Numbered from the stretch's first letter, positions 1 to 9,882 are shown. The stretch: DNA of 64,000 bases from Candidatus Methanophagaceae archaeon (GCA_003194435.1 PQXC01000001.1:70991-134990), one strand, 5' to 3'. Numbers and translations are program-made. Notes: generated by a model not told the origin, from the sequence alone.

Positions 1-603
1 TATTTACGGTTGCGAGATATAGAAGATGTCCCGCTTGGGTCTGACTTCACTGTCCGTGGCATAACGAACCGGAAGGAGGGTACAACAGTAGTGGTAACAG
101 TAGAGGGTCCGGTGAAGTTGAAACCCCAATTTGTTGAGGTCGAAGGGGATACAGAAAATAACAAATTTAACAACTTCGAAGCTTCTTTCTCCACTAAGGG
201 TGCGCGAATAGGCACCTACATTGTTACTGCTGATGATGGTGATGGACATCAGGCAACAAAAACAGTGAAGTTTGTTGCGCCACCGGCTAACGTAACACCA
301 CCGCCGGGAATTGAACTGACACCAACACCTACACCTGCCGCTATGCCCATCAACCAGACTGCCGTCACCAATCGAACAGCAGCCGGAGGCAAAGGCAAGG
401 TTAACGTATCACTCGCAGCGGCACTACAAAATCATGGAGTTATAACTGCTGTGAGTATCGCAGCAGTGCTCGCAGCCGCTATCTCCGGCGTGGCTGTAAC
501 CGCGGTCAGGAGGAAGAAGAAAGTACCGCCTTATAAACGTAAGGTATTGCATACCCTGCCACCGCCACCGGGCGAGAAGTGGCGACGGTGGTTCAAGCGC
601 TAA
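1..603 (+). CDS. Partial, 5'-truncated by the window start: the open frame continues upstream of the first ATG. Cell-surface protein with a Pro/Thr-rich linker, a C-terminal TM helix and a basic tail.
   Basis: Frame 1 is open from nt 1. 'PPANVTPPPGIELTPTPTPAAMP' linker, then hydrophobic 'ITAVSIAAVLAAAISGVAVTAV' followed by 'RRKKK'. Same architecture as the 4756-5778 ORF. Confidence 0.45.
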   Translation, partial: YLRLRDIEDVPLGSDFTVRGITNRKEGTTVVVTVEGPVKLKPQFVEVEGDTENNKFNNFEASFSTKGARIGTYIVTADDGDGHQATKTVKFVAPPANVTPPPGIELTPTPTPAAMPINQTAVTNRTAAGGKGKVNVSLAAALQNHGVITAVSIAAVLAAAISGVAVTAVRRKKKVPPYKRKVLHTLPPPPGEKWRRWFKR

Positions 604-643
604 AGCTAAAATGCTAAAACTTCCATAATCATAATCGCCTACT

Positions 644-2614
644 TTACTGCGTTTTATATATCCTCCATCCACATCTACACCCTGGTTTATTATTCTTATC
701 TCCATCCCCATATTCATATATCAACCGAAATCGTGCTCTATCCTCAAATGCACTATAATTGAGCTCAAAGTGGTTTTCATTAGCAAATGCCCGCTCGTAG
801 GGTCCTATACAGACATAATCAATCCCATAATCCTTGATAAGCCGGTAGTTGCCCTTATACATCGCTATCTCATCTCGCTTCACCTTCATTATCCGCGTCC
901 AGTTCAACCCGTGCGACCACAGCCAGCCTTCATAGCCCATCACTCGCTGTCTGCCCGCCAATGCCGTTATCGGATGATTGTGCGCACTGCCGGTCAAGAA
1001 CAGTCCGTCGGGCACGGTATTATCACGTACCCAGTCCGCTATCTCCCTATCGCACGCTGACCATACCCAGTAATCATATTTTATCATCCTCACATGGGCT
1101 ATCACCCCAAACACGGTGCATGCAATGAGCAATACACAAACTGATAGTGTAGCCAGATGGGTATATCTGACTCTAACTCTGGTTCTGAGCTCATCTACCA
1201 CCCATGAGATTGACAGTGGTGCAATTGCCGCACTAACCGCAAGCCAGTGTATGAAGACCTTATAATTGTCGAAGTACCATGGTTGGTATTTCACGAAGTT
1301 AGTAATAAAGAATAGAGCGAGGAAAGGCAGAAAAAATAGCTTTGCGGATTCTCTCGCTTTAATAATGCCGAGACAAAGCAGGATGATGAGTGCACCGGCA
1401 TTCTCAGCCCAGAAACTCAGAAGCAGGATGGTCGTATCCGCAGCGGAGTAGATAACTGCGGGTATAGAAGACCAGTTCAGAGCGGTTATTATATTCTTGT
1501 TCTCGTCTGTCCACCCGGGATAGAAATTGAAGAAGTTCTCTGTCACTCCCGCTCTTATACTCAGTATCTGTGGCAATGCAAGTGCAATAAGAGGCACTAA
1601 AATGATGATGAGCTTTTTCAGTCCTGCCCTGCCTCTGTTGTCCCTATCCCCTCTGAGGAGCAGAGATGCCGGTGCTAAGAATAGTGCTACAAAAGCGGTT
1701 GCCATAAATGAATGCGCATGGATATAGGGCATCATGCCTGTAAGCATCCCGGCAATAAAAAGCTCGCTCCTTCCTCCCGCTCCGAAGAGCGACTCGAATA
1801 GCAGGTTATAGACTGCAAAAGAGAGCGCCATGCCGAACATCGCTGTCCGCTGTGGCATGAGTACAGCATACATGGGGTTCAGGAAGTGGAGTCCTCCCGA
1901 CTGGAGACCCGGTGGGAAGCCAGCGAAGATGAAGATGACACTCCCAATCATGCCAGCCATCTTCAGACCTGTCAGCCGATATGCGAGGTAATAGAACAGC
2001 CCGAATAGAGAAGCTTGAAATAGAATGTTTGGAATAATAATAGAGTGCCTCAGGTCCAACCCTCCCTTCATCAGTACCGCGGAATAGAAATCCATGAGGA
2101 ATGGATAATGCATCTCGGTATGCAAAAACTGCGGATATGACGGTGGGAACTGGAAATGGGGTTCATAGACAAAAGAAGTGATAACAGAGGTATGAAACGG
2201 GTAATCAGCCCAGACGGTATGAAAAGCATATAGGTTGCCCGCATTATCCGGACGCAAAACTCCGTAGAGATTCATGAATGCAAGATAAAGGATGATGCCC
2301 ACGAAGAAGATGAGTGTGTATTTATCATCAAAGGTGAAGGTTATATTTGTATTTCGTAGATAAGCAGTGATAATAGCGCCGATGATAATAATGATGCTGA
2401 TACAGATACCGATGCTGATGATGATGCCGATGGTAGATAGAGCACCTGAGAAGGAGGTGACGAGGAATGTTATCCAGACGGATATCGCATTCCCAATTAC
2501 GAATGATAAGAAAGCGCGTTCAAGCATGGAGAGCCTGATGCTCAGGATAGAGGAGATGATAAGCCCAAGGAGGAAGCTGACAGTGAGGTATAATATCCAG
2601 AGTAAGGGGACCAT
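644..2614 (-). CDS. Polytopic membrane protein, PMT/ArnT (GT39-like) glycosyltransferase family with a soluble C-terminal domain.
   Basis: More than 10 predicted TM helices followed by a ~150-aa hydrophilic C-terminal domain. Overall architecture resembles the 18157-20034 paralog, which carries the GT39 'HPPLGK' motif. Assignment is by architecture only. Confidence 0.4.
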   Translation of the reverse strand: MVPLLWILYLTVSFLLGLIISSILSIRLSMLERAFLSFVIGNAISVWITFLVTSFSGALSTIGIIISIGICISIIIIIGAIITAYLRNTNITFTFDDKYTLIFFVGIILYLAFMNLYGVLRPDNAGNLYAFHTVWADYPFHTSVITSFVYEPHFQFPPSYPQFLHTEMHYPFLMDFYSAVLMKGGLDLRHSIIIPNILFQASLFGLFYYLAYRLTGLKMAGMIGSVIFIFAGFPPGLQSGGLHFLNPMYAVLMPQRTAMFGMALSFAVYNLLFESLFGAGGRSELFIAGMLTGMMPYIHAHSFMATAFVALFLAPASLLLRGDRDNRGRAGLKKLIIILVPLIALALPQILSIRAGVTENFFNFYPGWTDENKNIITALNWSSIPAVIYSAADTTILLLSFWAENAGALIILLCLGIIKARESAKLFFLPFLALFFITNFVKYQPWYFDNYKVFIHWLAVSAAIAPLSISWVVDELRTRVRVRYTHLATLSVCVLLIACTVFGVIAHVRMIKYDYWVWSACDREIADWVRDNTVPDGLFLTGSAHNHPITALAGRQRVMGYEGWLWSHGLNWTRIMKVKRDEIAMYKGNYRLIKDYGIDYVCIGPYERAFANENHFELNYSAFEDRARFRLIYEYGDGDKNNKPGCRCGWRIYKTQ

Positions 2615-2641
2615 GCTTTTCTCACTTTTTTCTTTAATATT

Positions 2642-3256
2642 CTATTCTAAAAGAAGTAGCCCGAAGAAGGTTATCCCTCTATAAGTATAAGGTGATTTCA
2701 GCACTTCTACCTCATAGCCCGCATTCCTGACCGTGGTGAAGACGTCTATACCACAAGCCTCCATCCCTGGTCTCATTTTATGCTGATGCACACAGAACCT
2801 CTTCACTGCGTGGTCCATGAGGTCTACCTGCTCTTGCTCTGGTATGCACTCAGGGCAATATGCGCAGCAAAGCCCAACCATTGCAAATGCTTTGTAATAG
2901 CCTGATAGGAAAGCATACCGCTCCAGTTCATACATCTTATCGTAGAATTCTTTTATAGCATCCCAGAGGAAATGGTGTATATGGGATGGTGGCACTCCCT
3001 TGTTCGGTTTAGCGTCAAATCTTGCAACTATTGCGCGCTCATAACACATTATCAGTCTCCGTGTCTCTTCTGGTGAGGGTACATAGGGCGGACAGTTCAG
3101 GTGCTTACCGAACGCTTTACAACCATACCTGCATTTCCAGCGGGACCACTCTCCTATCTTCACCTTATCAACAGAGATGAGCTTAAAATCCGGGTGGATG
3201 CGTTTCAAATTCCGCAACAGGGTTTCTATATCCATCTCTATATCGTATTTTTTCAT
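2642..3256 (-). CDS. DUF2284-like predicted metal-binding protein (Cys-rich).
   Basis: 204 aa with conserved Cys pairs ('WKCRYGCKAFGKHLNCPPY', 'CCAYCPEC', 'CVHQH'). Overlaps the cooC-like gene by 4 nt, suggesting an operon. Confidence 0.45.
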   Translation of the reverse strand: MKKYDIEMDIETLLRNLKRIHPDFKLISVDKVKIGEWSRWKCRYGCKAFGKHLNCPPYVPSPEETRRLIMCYERAIVARFDAKPNKGVPPSHIHHFLWDAIKEFYDKMYELERYAFLSGYYKAFAMVGLCCAYCPECIPEQEQVDLMDHAVKRFCVHQHKMRPGMEACGIDVFTTVRNAGYEVEVLKSPYTYRGITFFGLLLLE

Positions 3257-4029
3257 CCCATACTTTGCTCTTTCATCTCTGTCAGGAACTCTGCAAGCTT
3301 ATTTATGCCTTCCAACTCGAAATCCAGAGGCTTTCCAACCAGACAATTCCTGGCTATCCTCTCATCCACTGGTATAGCCGCTACAACCTTATCACGAGCT
3401 ATGGAATCGAGAATAAAACTCTCGGTCTCTTCATCTGTCCTGTTCAGAATGTAATATAGCGGCTTACCTGCTCTATCTGTTATCTTATTCACCTTATCTG
3501 CAAGCCTGATTGATTCCTGAGATGGGTCAATGACCATCAATATGAGGTCGCAGCCGAGTTCTACACCCCGTCCAAAGTGCTCAATCCCTGCATCGGTATC
3601 CACAAGCGCGAATTCATCCCGGGCGGGCTGAAGCATCTGCAGAAAATCCGCACTCAAGGCGTTAAAAGGGCATGCACAACCCTCCCCGAAATCCCTTATC
3701 TTGCCTATCGCGAGCAGACTGATCCTACCTTTTTTGCTCAGGTAATCTCCTGGTATATCATCTGTTCCTATTCGCTCACCAAATACACTGGCTTTGCCTT
3801 CTCGCTTCCTCTTCGACTCCGATAGCTTCTCAAAAATCATTTTCTTACCGCCAAAGTGCATAGCGAAATCCTTCGGGAGTTCCATTCCCAACTGGATATG
3901 CAGTCCGAAGTTCGATTCGTCATTATCCACTACAATAACCCGATACCCTCTCCTATCAAGTTCGGTTGCAAGCAGAGCAGTTATGGAACTCTTACCACTA
4001 CCACCTTTACCGCATATCAGTATCTTCAT
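3253..4029 (-). CDS. cooC: CooC/AcsF-type nickel-insertion ATPase (MinD/ParA superfamily).
   Basis: Deviant Walker A 'GKGGSGKSS' at the N-terminus. 'GCACP' CxC motif typical of the CooC nickel site. 258 aa. Confidence 0.7.
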   Translation of the reverse strand: MKILICGKGGSGKSSITALLATELDRRGYRVIVVDNDESNFGLHIQLGMELPKDFAMHFGGKKMIFEKLSESKRKREGKASVFGERIGTDDIPGDYLSKKGRISLLAIGKIRDFGEGCACPFNALSADFLQMLQPARDEFALVDTDAGIEHFGRGVELGCDLILMVIDPSQESIRLADKVNKITDRAGKPLYYILNRTDEETESFILDSIARDKVVAAIPVDERIARNCLVGKPLDFELEGINKLAEFLTEMKEQSMG

Positions 4030-4277
4030 TCCTTTTGTTCCTGATTATTACTTATAAGTTCAAAAGCCTTAAGAAGGTATTCATTCACTTCTCCCGTATG
4101 CCTAACCGCTTCCATTATCGCTTCGTATACCCCTCTCTCTCCAAACCCCCTGGCTTTTTCCGCCCAGCGCTTAAAATCGCGTGCATGCTCCCTGTTATGC
4201 TCAATCCAGTATACCAGTAACATAGCCAGCTTCTTCTTATCCTCCTCCCCCTCTTCCTCTTCTATTTCCTCCGTCAT
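4026..4277 (-). CDS. Small acidic hypothetical protein (83 aa).
   Basis: ORF overlaps cooC by 4 nt and sits 2 nt downstream of mobB. 'EEEEGEED' acidic N-terminus. No recognisable motif. Confidence 0.35.
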   Translation of the reverse strand: MTEEIEEEEGEEDKKKLAMLLVYWIEHNREHARDFKRWAEKARGFGERGVYEAIMEAVRHTGEVNEYLLKAFELISNNQEQKE

Positions 4278-4279
4278 TG

Positions 4280-4759
4280 CTATACCTCATAATCCTCAAT
4301 TTTAAGAACTAATTCGACTATCTCTTGAAGATAGCTCTTTGGATTACCTGATAACCTCATTACTACGTTTGTGATTTCACCATCACCACCATCCTCATCC
4401 CCATCTCTACCCCTATCCGGGAGGGTACTCAGTGCAATCTTGGGCAAATCAGAGCTTTTGAAACCCTCAACAAGCACGAAATCCATGCCTGAATCCGCCA
4501 TATCTTTTAGCTGTTCCTTCAAGTTCAGGCTCTTACTCTTACTCCTGCTTAACTTCAATGTCACATGCTCTGAAGACCCTATAACCACCTCAGCACCGGC
4601 ATTGAATAGCCGCGTTGTATCTTTTGATTCATCCAGATCCAGCTCTTGCGCATGTTTTATACAACCTACGCTGCCATAATCTCTTAGCCTCATTATCAAA
4701 TCCTCGATTAGGGTCGTCTTACCTGACTTCTTCTCCCCTATTATTGAGATCACCTTCAT
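4280..4759 (-). CDS. mobB: MobB-like P-loop protein (molybdopterin-guanine dinucleotide biosynthesis adaptor family).
   Basis: 'VISIIGEKKSGKTTLIEDL' P-loop followed by 'GCIKHA' and 'FNAGAEVV', matching the MobB pattern (IxGxSGSGKTTL...IKH). Confidence 0.5.
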   Translation of the reverse strand: MKVISIIGEKKSGKTTLIEDLIMRLRDYGSVGCIKHAQELDLDESKDTTRLFNAGAEVVIGSSEHVTLKLSRSKSKSLNLKEQLKDMADSGMDFVLVEGFKSSDLPKIALSTLPDRGRDGDEDGGDGEITNVVMRLSGNPKSYLQEIVELVLKIEDYEV

Positions 4760-5778
4760 AGCTTCCTGCGTCTCCTTATCAATAGATACGCAATGGCGAG
4801 AAATAGTCCTATGATGGTGAAACAGAGGCTATGAGATGAGAAAGATAATACAGGCGAGGGAGAGGCAGTACCGGGTGATGCCGCTGGCGTTAATAGTGGT
4901 GTGGGAGTGGGCGTGGATGTTAAAGTGGGCGTAGCAGGTGCTGCAGTTGGTGTTATTTCTTGTTGTACTGTTACTGAAACTGACGGTGTAACAGTGGGTG
5001 TGGAAGTGGGTGTGGGTGTTGGCGTAGACGTTGACGTGGGTGCAGGCGTGGGTGTAGGTGTTGGTGCTGGCGTTGGTGTAGCTACCGGTGTTAGCTCTGA
5101 TACAATCCTGAGATTCGCACTTTTTTCGCCTGCTGTAATTCGGAATTCACCAACTGGCACTCCCCTGGTACTTAGCTTCTCCTGAAAAGCGCCATTGGTA
5201 TCAGCAATAACTTTCAAAGCCATTTTAAAATCCAGATTCACCGATGTCGTATCATCTGCGGCATCACCCGAGACCTTAACATCCTGCTCGCCTTTAAGGT
5301 CTATTGGAACCGGAACGCCAGGAACCTCCCTTGGCAGCGATAAAGAGAGTGTGGCAACCCCATTCTTTATCACAGATGGTGATTTCATCAGTGTTACCGG
5401 TATCCCAAGCACCTTTGTGATAACACTCACATTATTTTCGTCGCAGATAACCTCTATCCCTGATATCACAACCTTCATATTCTTTATCCTCTCAGCGCGA
5501 ATTGTAACCTTCTTCTCACCCTCCGGGAAGTTGATGCCCTTGAACTCGTGGTTATATCCCCCGTCACTCGATACAGGCAATGAGACCGTAAATGATGAAC
5601 CTATCCACACAGCTTCATTTGGCGTTGCTAATCCCGATATTGTAACCTCATCGCCCTGTAGCACTTCCTCTGGCACACTCAACTCCTTTACCTCCCCACT
5701 TGCTACTGTGAAAGAACAGGATAGTATCAATAGTACTGATAGCAACTTTATTATGTTCCTGTTGAACTCCATCACCAC
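4756..5778 (-). CDS. Secreted cell-surface protein with a signal peptide, a long Pro/Thr/Ser linker, a C-terminal TM helix and an Arg-rich tail.
   Basis: N-terminal 'LLSVLLILSCSFTVASG' signal. 'TPTPAPTPTPTPAPTSTSTPTPTPTSTPT' linker. C-terminal 'FTIIGLFLAIAYLLIRRRRKL'. No PGF motif. Confidence 0.5.
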   Translation of the reverse strand: MVMEFNRNIIKLLSVLLILSCSFTVASGEVKELSVPEEVLQGDEVTISGLATPNEAVWIGSSFTVSLPVSSDGGYNHEFKGINFPEGEKKVTIRAERIKNMKVVISGIEVICDENNVSVITKVLGIPVTLMKSPSVIKNGVATLSLSLPREVPGVPVPIDLKGEQDVKVSGDAADDTTSVNLDFKMALKVIADTNGAFQEKLSTRGVPVGEFRITAGEKSANLRIVSELTPVATPTPAPTPTPTPAPTSTSTPTPTPTSTPTVTPSVSVTVQQEITPTAAPATPTLTSTPTPTPLLTPAASPGTASPSPVLSFSSHSLCFTIIGLFLAIAYLLIRRRRKL

Positions 5779-5825
5779 AAAATAATAGCTGGGATCCTAT
5801 CTTTATATAGTTTATTACTCATCCA

Positions 5826-6464
5826 TCATTCATCTATTTGATGAATTGATGATTTCAAACCTCTATCAGCTCGCAGATATCTCAGGAAGTCATCCAGGAT
5901 GCTCTCTGATAATGCGACATAAACCGCTTTCTTGTCTATCACTCCACTGTAATCAGGTAATCGCTGAGAAGTTATAGCGGATTCTTCTTCTGACCAATAT
6001 TCCTTTATCTCCTTCTTACCATACTTCCTCGTTAACCTCTTTAACTCCTCGTATATCTCCATCCCCAGCGGGCATAGCAGCAATGTCGGCACCGGTCTGA
6101 TAACAACAAACGGGAAGATTCTGCAAGCGGTGGGCTTATCTTTATAAATTGAGCATTCGTTACCATTTAGATAAGGGCACGGTGTCTTCAGGTAGTTATC
6201 CACCTCGTTCTCGTTCATTTTATCGAATAGCGAGTCTCCATCAATTCTCACCAGCCGTTCTATATCGTCGTCATTTAGATGAACAGGCATCTCACGGCAG
6301 CACCTGCAACAGCGCTTGCATTCGAAATACTCCAGTATCGCCTGCGCTTGCGCCTCGAATCTCCGCCTGACCTTTTCTATCATCCCGAGATTCTGTGCTA
6401 CGGTAAACCAGAAGAGCTCATCCCCGAGCAGCTCCTTGAATTTCAGAACCTGCTTCTCCTTCAT
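5826..6464 (-). CDS. YkgJ/UPF0153 family putative Fe-S or zinc-chelating protein (CxxCxxCC).
   Basis: 'CKRCCRCC' motif plus downstream 'CPYLNGNECSIY' and 'CRIFP' cysteines, typical of the YkgJ family. Confidence 0.55.
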   Translation of the reverse strand: MKEKQVLKFKELLGDELFWFTVAQNLGMIEKVRRRFEAQAQAILEYFECKRCCRCCREMPVHLNDDDIERLVRIDGDSLFDKMNENEVDNYLKTPCPYLNGNECSIYKDKPTACRIFPFVVIRPVPTLLLCPLGMEIYEELKRLTRKYGKKEIKEYWSEEESAITSQRLPDYSGVIDKKAVYVALSESILDDFLRYLRADRGLKSSIHQIDE

Positions 6465-6497
6465 CGCCTCCGCTCTTCACCTTATACTAATACTTAT

Positions 6498-7052
6498 TCA
6501 CCGGCAATGCAACAGAAGCTCTTTTACCTTATCTATATCCTCGAATATATCAGCCTTTTCCTGCGTGTCCGGCTCCAGAGACAGTTTTCCTTCAAGTGTG
6601 TACAGGTCATCCACCAGCGTTGCAAGCTCATCCACTGCATATGCCCGATTCATGATGGACATCTTCAACACCTGTGCCATAATCATCCCCACACGAGCCT
6701 TAATCCATCTTGTGGAGGTTGGTACTGATTCGCTGTGAGCGATAGGTGGCTGAACTTCTATATCCTCCTGCTCCCTCTCCACTTCCAGCTCATATTTCCT
6801 TATCTCCACCACTTCAAATCCAAAAAGGGCTATATATTGCGAATATAGCTCCTCAAGGTCTTTATTCAGATTCCTCTTCTCATCTGCGTCTTCTAATCGC
6901 TCTATCGTCCTCAAAACCCTGATTTTATGGCGGTACAGAGCCCGAATTTTGTCCTCCGCACCCCACTTCGAGTGGATGATAGAAGGATATACCAGTTCTT
7001 GCAGTGCTCTTATTCTCTTCCTCGGGTCCAGGATAGCAAATCTATCATACAT
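6498..7052 (-). CDS. Hypothetical protein (184 aa).
   Basis: ORF only. Charged and helical composition with no recognisable motif. Confidence 0.35.
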   Translation of the reverse strand: MYDRFAILDPRKRIRALQELVYPSIIHSKWGAEDKIRALYRHKIRVLRTIERLEDADEKRNLNKDLEELYSQYIALFGFEVVEIRKYELEVEREQEDIEVQPPIAHSESVPTSTRWIKARVGMIMAQVLKMSIMNRAYAVDELATLVDDLYTLEGKLSLEPDTQEKADIFEDIDKVKELLLHCR

Positions 7053-7118
7053 TACATACTCAATATAATGAAGGGATATGAGCTTATAAACTTTTCGCCA
7101 TTGCCATTGCCATCACCA

Positions 7119-9419
7119 TCAGTTAGAATCACAGATATAGGGTACTTCTTTCTCTCTGACCTTCTGTCTTATCGGTATAGAGAAATAGAAGCTTGAACCC
7201 TTACCCTGCGCACTCTCCACCCATATCTTACCATTATGTGCCCGTATGATGCCTTTTGCAATTGCCAGTCCCAGACCGGTACCACCCTTTTCCCTGCTCA
7301 TAGAGGCATCTATTTGGGAGAATGGCAGAAACAACTTCTTCTTGCCCTCTTCTGAAATCCCAATCCCAAAATCGGTTACACTGAAAAGAACATTCTCGCC
7401 TTCATGGGCTGTGGAGGTCTCGATGATCACTTCAGCTCCATCAGGTGAGAATTTTATTGCATTATTTATCAAATTACTCATCACCTGTCTCAATCTTTCA
7501 TTATCGCCGATGATGAGAGGCAGTTCTGCCAGTTGTACCTTTAATTTGATTCCTTTCTGCCTGGCGAAAGGTTCCTGCATCTTTATCGCCTCTTTTACTG
7601 CATCATTCAGGTCCATTACCTGAAAAGCCATCTTTATTCGTCCCATTTCTATTCTGGAGATATCAAGGATGTCGTTAATCAACCTATCCAATCTGGCTAA
7701 ATTCCGCAGTATCAGCTCTATACTATCTTTCTGCCGCTGGTTCAGTCTGCCTTTATAACCTTCACGCAGCATTTGCAGCTGTGCTTTCATCGGCGTAAGC
7801 GGGGTTCTCAATTCGTGCGAGGTGATGGAGAGGAATTCGGTCTTTATCCTCGTCACTTCCTGCAGGTCCACCACTTTCATCTCCAGTTCACGGTTCAGTT
7901 TCCGTATCTCCTCTTCCGCTTTCTTTCGCGCTGTTATATCCCTAAAAATCGTTAATTTCGATATACTGCCGTCTATATTCTTTAAAGGCGTCTCAATCAG
8001 GTCGTATATCTTATTCATCCTGCTCGAGTGCCATTCCCACCTCACTGTCTGACCCTTTTCCACAACTTCATGGAGTTTGCACAGCGGGCAGGGCTCATCC
8101 CTGTTATGAAAGACACGATAGCAGATATCCCCCACGCAGTCGCCAAATTCATCACGCAGGACTTTATTCATAAATTCCACTTCATAAGTCCGCGATATCG
8201 CATACACGCCGTCCACCATGCTCTCAAATATCAAATTCAGGTTGTCCCGTTCCTCTTTCACCCGCCTCTCCAATTCTACCTCCTTTGTTATATCCCTGCT
8301 CACTCGAACAGTCCCGATAGGCACACCGTTCTTGTCCCGCAGCAGTGAAGCAGACATGCTGATATGGATTGGTTTGCCATCTTTCCTCAGCACTACTGTT
8401 CGATAATTCCTGATTACCCCCTCACGCTGTACCTGCTCCATTATCCGTTCTGCCTCCTCAGGGTCGAGGAAGAATTTCCTGTTCGACTTCCCTATCACCT
8501 CTTCTGCACGGTAGCCCATGACGCCCTCTGCACCTTTATTCCAGTCCCTCACTATCCCCTCCATGTCCACAACGGTGATTGTATCCGCAGAACTGTCTAT
8601 TATGTTATTCAGATAATCCCTGGTTGCCATCAGTTCGCGTTCCGTGCGTTTCAAATCTGTGATGTCCTTTGATACCACCGTTACAGCAGTTACCATTCCG
8701 GTTTCAGGGTCTCTAACCGGGCTCATGGTCTTTAAGAAGCATCTACCATTCTCATCCCTGTATTCATGCTGTATTGTGGTGCCGGTATCAAAGACGTGTT
8801 TCACTTTCTCTGCGAACCACCGAGACTCTCTGGATGTATGAAAAGCCTGATATGGGCGACCCAGATATTGCTCCCTCGAGAGCCCCAATCGTGATAGATG
8901 CTGTTCATTCATGAATAGATATCTGCAATTCCTGTCTACGAGATAGACGGAATCCCCTGTGGACTGCACGAGTGAGCGATACTTCTCCTCACTCCACCGT
9001 AACTCATCCTCTACTCGCTTCTTATCCTCCTGCAGTTGATAAGCATCATAAGCTCTTTTTACGGTGATAAGCAACTCATCCCTGTTCACGGGTTTCTCGT
9101 TGTGTATATACATATAATGGTATGCACCTGCTTTCAATGCCTCGATCGCATTATCCTTCGATTCGTATGTGGTAACTATAATCACGCACATATCAGGGTT
9201 AAAAGCCTTAAGGTGCTTCATTACCTCTATCCCATTGATGTCCGGGAGTTCCAGGTCGAGTAGACAAACAGGGTACTTCTCTTCGCTGGCAAGTGCCAGT
9301 GCCTCTCTACCACTACCTGCAGTCTTCACCGTGTATCCTTCTTCGGATAGGATGTTTCTCAGCGTAATGCACATATCCGGGTCATCTTCCACGATGAATA
9401 TTGATCTCACTTTTTCCAT
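7119..9419 (-). CDS. Hybrid sensor histidine kinase: N-terminal receiver, PAS domains, then HisKA and HATPase.
   Basis: Start probably at 'MEKVRSIFIVEDD'. Receiver motifs 'IFIVEDD...LLDLELPDINGIEV'. H-box 'ITSHELRTPL'. N-box/G-box 'NLINNAIKFS', 'DFGIGI', 'GGTGLGLAI'. Confidence 0.8.
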   Translation of the reverse strand: MEKVRSIFIVEDDPDMCITLRNILSEEGYTVKTAGSGREALALASEEKYPVCLLDLELPDINGIEVMKHLKAFNPDMCVIIVTTYESKDNAIEALKAGAYHYMYIHNEKPVNRDELLITVKRAYDAYQLQEDKKRVEDELRWSEEKYRSLVQSTGDSVYLVDRNCRYLFMNEQHLSRLGLSREQYLGRPYQAFHTSRESRWFAEKVKHVFDTGTTIQHEYRDENGRCFLKTMSPVRDPETGMVTAVTVVSKDITDLKRTERELMATRDYLNNIIDSSADTITVVDMEGIVRDWNKGAEGVMGYRAEEVIGKSNRKFFLDPEEAERIMEQVQREGVIRNYRTVVLRKDGKPIHISMSASLLRDKNGVPIGTVRVSRDITKEVELERRVKEERDNLNLIFESMVDGVYAISRTYEVEFMNKVLRDEFGDCVGDICYRVFHNRDEPCPLCKLHEVVEKGQTVRWEWHSSRMNKIYDLIETPLKNIDGSISKLTIFRDITARKKAEEEIRKLNRELEMKVVDLQEVTRIKTEFLSITSHELRTPLTPMKAQLQMLREGYKGRLNQRQKDSIELILRNLARLDRLINDILDISRIEMGRIKMAFQVMDLNDAVKEAIKMQEPFARQKGIKLKVQLAELPLIIGDNERLRQVMSNLINNAIKFSPDGAEVIIETSTAHEGENVLFSVTDFGIGISEEGKKKLFLPFSQIDASMSREKGGTGLGLAIAKGIIRAHNGKIWVESAQGKGSSFYFSIPIRQKVREKEVPYICDSN

Positions 9420-9494
9420 TTCCCATCTCGCTCTATTGTATAATAGCAATAGAAGAGGAGGCATCTAAAAATCGAGGTTTTGCGATTTTTCCAA

Positions 9495-9881
9495 TCATTC
9501 TAATTTAATTGCCTTTTCAACAGCTTCAAGCATTCTACGCACTGAGAATGGCTTTTCTATGAAATCCACCACCCGTTTCGAGTTGAGTAATCCAATCTCT
9601 TCAGCCTCCAGTGAATGAATCGCAGTAAGGAAGATGATCTTCATACCTGCCAACCTGCTATCCTTCTCTATCTCGTTCAACAGTTCCTTTGTGGTCAAGC
9701 CAGGCATCATGATATCGAGAAGGAGCACATCAGGTACCTCTTCTTTGAGTTTCGCAAGGCATTCATAGCCATCTCTCGCTTTTATCGTCCTGTAATTGTT
9801 CGCATCCAAGATTTGATTCACCGATAAGAGGACATCCGGTTCATCGTCCACAACCATAACCGTAGCTGTGTGCGTGCTCAT
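9495..9881 (-). CDS. Stand-alone CheY-like response-regulator receiver.
   Basis: 'VMVVDDEPDV...LLLDIMMPGLTTKEL...IIFLTA' with the conserved Asp positions. 128 aa. Ends 1 nt from the upstream regulator gene. Confidence 0.8.
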   Translation of the reverse strand: MSTHTATVMVVDDEPDVLLSVNQILDANNYRTIKARDGYECLAKLKEEVPDVLLLDIMMPGLTTKELLNEIEKDSRLAGMKIIFLTAIHSLEAEEIGLLNSKRVVDFIEKPFSVRRMLEAVEKAIKLE

Positions 9882-9882
9882 T

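Noticed and set aside
4901-5785. Plus-strand ORFs 'GVGVDV...' (4901-5185) and 5195-5785
   Set aside because: Antisense to the PT-linker region and body of the 4756-5778 surface-protein gene. The GV repeats mirror the TPTP repeats.
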